Below, in pieces: positions 62,203-64,000 of a DNA stretch of 64,000 nucleotides (position 1 is the stretch's first letter; every line of letters begins with the position of its first letter). This DNA is from Waterburya sp. (GTDB lineage: Bacteria; Cyanobacteriota; Cyanobacteriia; Cyanobacteriales; Xenococcaceae). The notes under the pieces are model-generated. The model was given only the letters and a program-made list of their open reading frames with translations, had not been told where the DNA came from and did no database searches. The stretch lies in NCBI GenBank assembly GCA_965217895.1, contig CBDCJV010000002.1, positions 3,392,001 to 3,456,000 of the forward strand, read 5' to 3'. The translations under genes were made by a program, and so were the position numbers.

Positions 62203-62982
62203 TTAGTTGATAAATTTTTGCGGAAATTGTTCTAAGGACAATAGCTGGATTCTGGCATCTTGTTGTGCCAAATTGCGATCGCTTTCTAGGTTATAGCCCC
62301 AGTCGGCTAAAAACAAATTTACAAAACTTAGGTCGTCTTGTTGAGCTACTTGCTGTAAAGCTTTAAGACGATCTTCAACAAAAGAAATGCTAATATTTTT
62401 CCCTGGTTTTTGATGTCGATCTCGCAAAATTCTCAGGGTTTCATATTTAGGACGTTTACTCTCTTTGCCAATAATTTGCGCCTGAGGTAGATCGATTTCC
62501 TGCTGCTGTAATAGTTGTTTTACAAAGCGTCCTTCTTTAGTCGTGACGATATATAGCTTGACGCTGGAATTGATTATTTGTTGCAGATATTTAGTTACAC
62601 CAGGATAAATACGATGTAATGCTAACCAGCTATCTAAGTTGTTTTTAATCTGGCTATCTCTAACTCCATCTAGCTTTTGCACTACCGCCGATTTATTTAA
62701 CCCTTCTGAGTTGATAATCTCTGATGCAGTCTTTTGCCAATCCTGTAAGATTTCGGATTCAGGAATACCTAAAACTAAAGCTCTTAATAAAATAGGCATT
62801 TCCCAGCCTGTTTCAATAACTGGACGTAATCGATAAAAGATTGGTGCAAAGCGATCGCTTATTTCTTCTGATTGCCATATCTGTTGATAGGCTTTTTTGG
62901 TGCTGTCAAAATATTCAATTAAACCATCACAAATTACACCATCAAAGTCAAGTGCCAGAAGATCGGGAAGTGTTGCAGACAT
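62203..62982 (-). CDS. HAD-family hydrolase
   Basis: DFDGVICD, VTTK, FVEDR and LADWGYN. Confidence 0.9.
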   Translation of the reverse strand: MSATLPDLLALDFDGVICDGLIEYFDSTKKAYQQIWQSEEISDRFAPIFYRLRPVIETGWEMPILLRALVLGIPESEILQDWQKTASEIINSEGLNKSAVVQKLDGVRDSQIKNNLDSWLALHRIYPGVTKYLQQIINSSVKLYIVTTKEGRFVKQLLQQQEIDLPQAQIIGKESKRPKYETLRILRDRHQKPGKNISISFVEDRLKALQQVAQQDDLSFVNLFLADWGYNLESDRNLAQQDARIQLLSLEQFPQKFIN

Positions 62983-62996
62983 AATTAATACCTATT

Positions 62997-63162
62997 AGAT
63001 TAGGTTCGGATGAAGAGTTAAATTTAGGTAGGTAAAGTAGCAGATAGCAAGTAGCAGATAGCAGATAGCAAGTAGCAGATAGCAGATAGCAAGTTTTTTA
63101 GACCCAGTTTTAATTATTTCATGGATACATATTGTATTAAAGCAATTATCCGAACTTGATAT
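62997..63162. mobile_element. MITE-like element with internal TAGCAGA/TAGCAAG heptamer array
   Basis: Imperfect TIRs AGATTAGGTTCGGATGA / TTATCCGAACTTGATAT; about 8 heptamers at 63038-63093. Confidence 0.55.
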
Positions 63163-63200
63163 TGCCTATTACCGACCCTTAGCGACATTAAGATTAGAGA

Positions 63201-64000
63201 TTACTCAAACTCAATCTGTGGATGTGTAAATTTAAAACCCGCATCTTTTAGTTTTTGATTATAAAGCTTCAGGTTTAGGGTACGACTTGAAGTCTGTGTG
63301 CTATCCCAAGTAATATCGGCTAGGTTATGAGCCTGGAATAATTTCTGGAAAAACTCTTTAGTAGTTAATACTTCATCACTAGTAAGATTATAGATACCCT
63401 GTAGCTGTTGTTGCTGGGCAAACGCGATCGCCCGTGCAATATCATCGACATGAACCCAATTAGTGTAATCTTTTCCCGCTCCTGGTTGAGTTGTTCCTGC
63501 TCTACCTTTGAATATTTTAATTAATTCTCTGCCTGTGCCGTAAATGCCAGATAAGCGAAAAATACAGGTGTTGAGCTTCTTTGCTGAAGCTGAAAATAAA
63601 ATTTCTTCAGTCTGGTGCAGTATTTGACCTATTTCCGTGGCAGGATTAACCGCTATAGTTTCATCTACCGTATCGCCGTTTTGATTGCCCAAAATGCCAT
63701 AGCTACTGGTATAAATAAGTTGTTTAACACTATCATTTGCCCTAAGAGCATTAACAACATTCTTGGCTGTTTCTAAATAAGCTTTGGTGTAACCTTCTGT
63801 GCTGCGTTGTTTTGCCCCAACGCTTAGTAAAACCACTTCTCGATTGGCTAATACTTGTTGTAAAGTAGCCAGATCATCTCCTGTTAATATTACAACCTTG
63901 GATGCGATCGCCTTTAATGTAGATTGTTTACTTGGGGTTGTGGTGGTTACAGTAACTTCGTTGCCAGCTTCATGCCATAGGCGAGCTACTTTACTACCAA
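63201..64000 (-). CDS. NAD-dependent epimerase/SDR-family oxidoreductase (5' end outside window)
   Basis: YTSS, RLSGIYG and NWVHVDDI; the frame stays open to the window edge. Confidence 0.85.
   Translation of the reverse strand, partial: GSKVARLWHEAGNEVTVTTTTPSKQSTLKAIASKVVILTGDDLATLQQVLANREVVLLSVGAKQRSTEGYTKAYLETAKNVVNALRANDSVKQLIYTSSYGILGNQNGDTVDETIAVNPATEIGQILHQTEEILFSASAKKLNTCIFRLSGIYGTGRELIKIFKGRAGTTQPGAGKDYTNWVHVDDIARAIAFAQQQQLQGIYNLTSDEVLTTKEFFQKLFQAHNLADITWDSTQTSSRTLNLKLYNQKLKDAGFKFTHPQIEFE

Noticed and set aside
1..64000. tRNA or rRNA genes
   Set aside because: None recognised by eye; the hairpin cluster at 155-229 lacks tRNA T-loop and acceptor-stem features

Overview
AT-rich cyanobacterial chromosome segment. 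The assignment rests on abundant HIP1 GCGATCGC sites and the photosynthesis genes psaK, cyanoP and psb34; a Pleurocapsales-like origin is inferred. Core genes (gor, gdhA, trpF, ribBA, cdsA, argS, thrC-moaD, invertase, GH57) are mixed with several accessory loci. (1) 9.1-15.05 kb: a candidate polymorphic-toxin locus. It encodes a DUF4347 (caspase-like) protein with 41-aa repeats and a PD-(D/E)xK-like C-terminal tip, split by a 2-bp insertion that leaves a TAATG stop/start. It is followed by a putative cognate immunity gene and two paralogous orphan cassettes, each with a shared upstream element and a coupled mini-ORF. (2) 54.8-61.6 kb: a co-oriented operon of two membrane proteins, a fused ABC exporter lacking the H-loop His, a dynamin-like GTPase, a second TRAFAC-type GTPase and a membrane-anchored partner, a candidate NTP-dependent conflict or membrane-remodelling system. 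(3) A DUF262 + HEPN defence-like pair whose HEPN gene has one in-frame TAG before the catalytic motif. (4) A 5'-truncated group II intron with an inserted MITE, which supplies the ribBA stop codon. (5) An ECF sigma/anti-sigma pair with two matching promoters nearby. There are also many MITEs and small palindromic inserts, including an in-frame one in argS. All family assignments come from recognising motifs by eye; no database searches were run.
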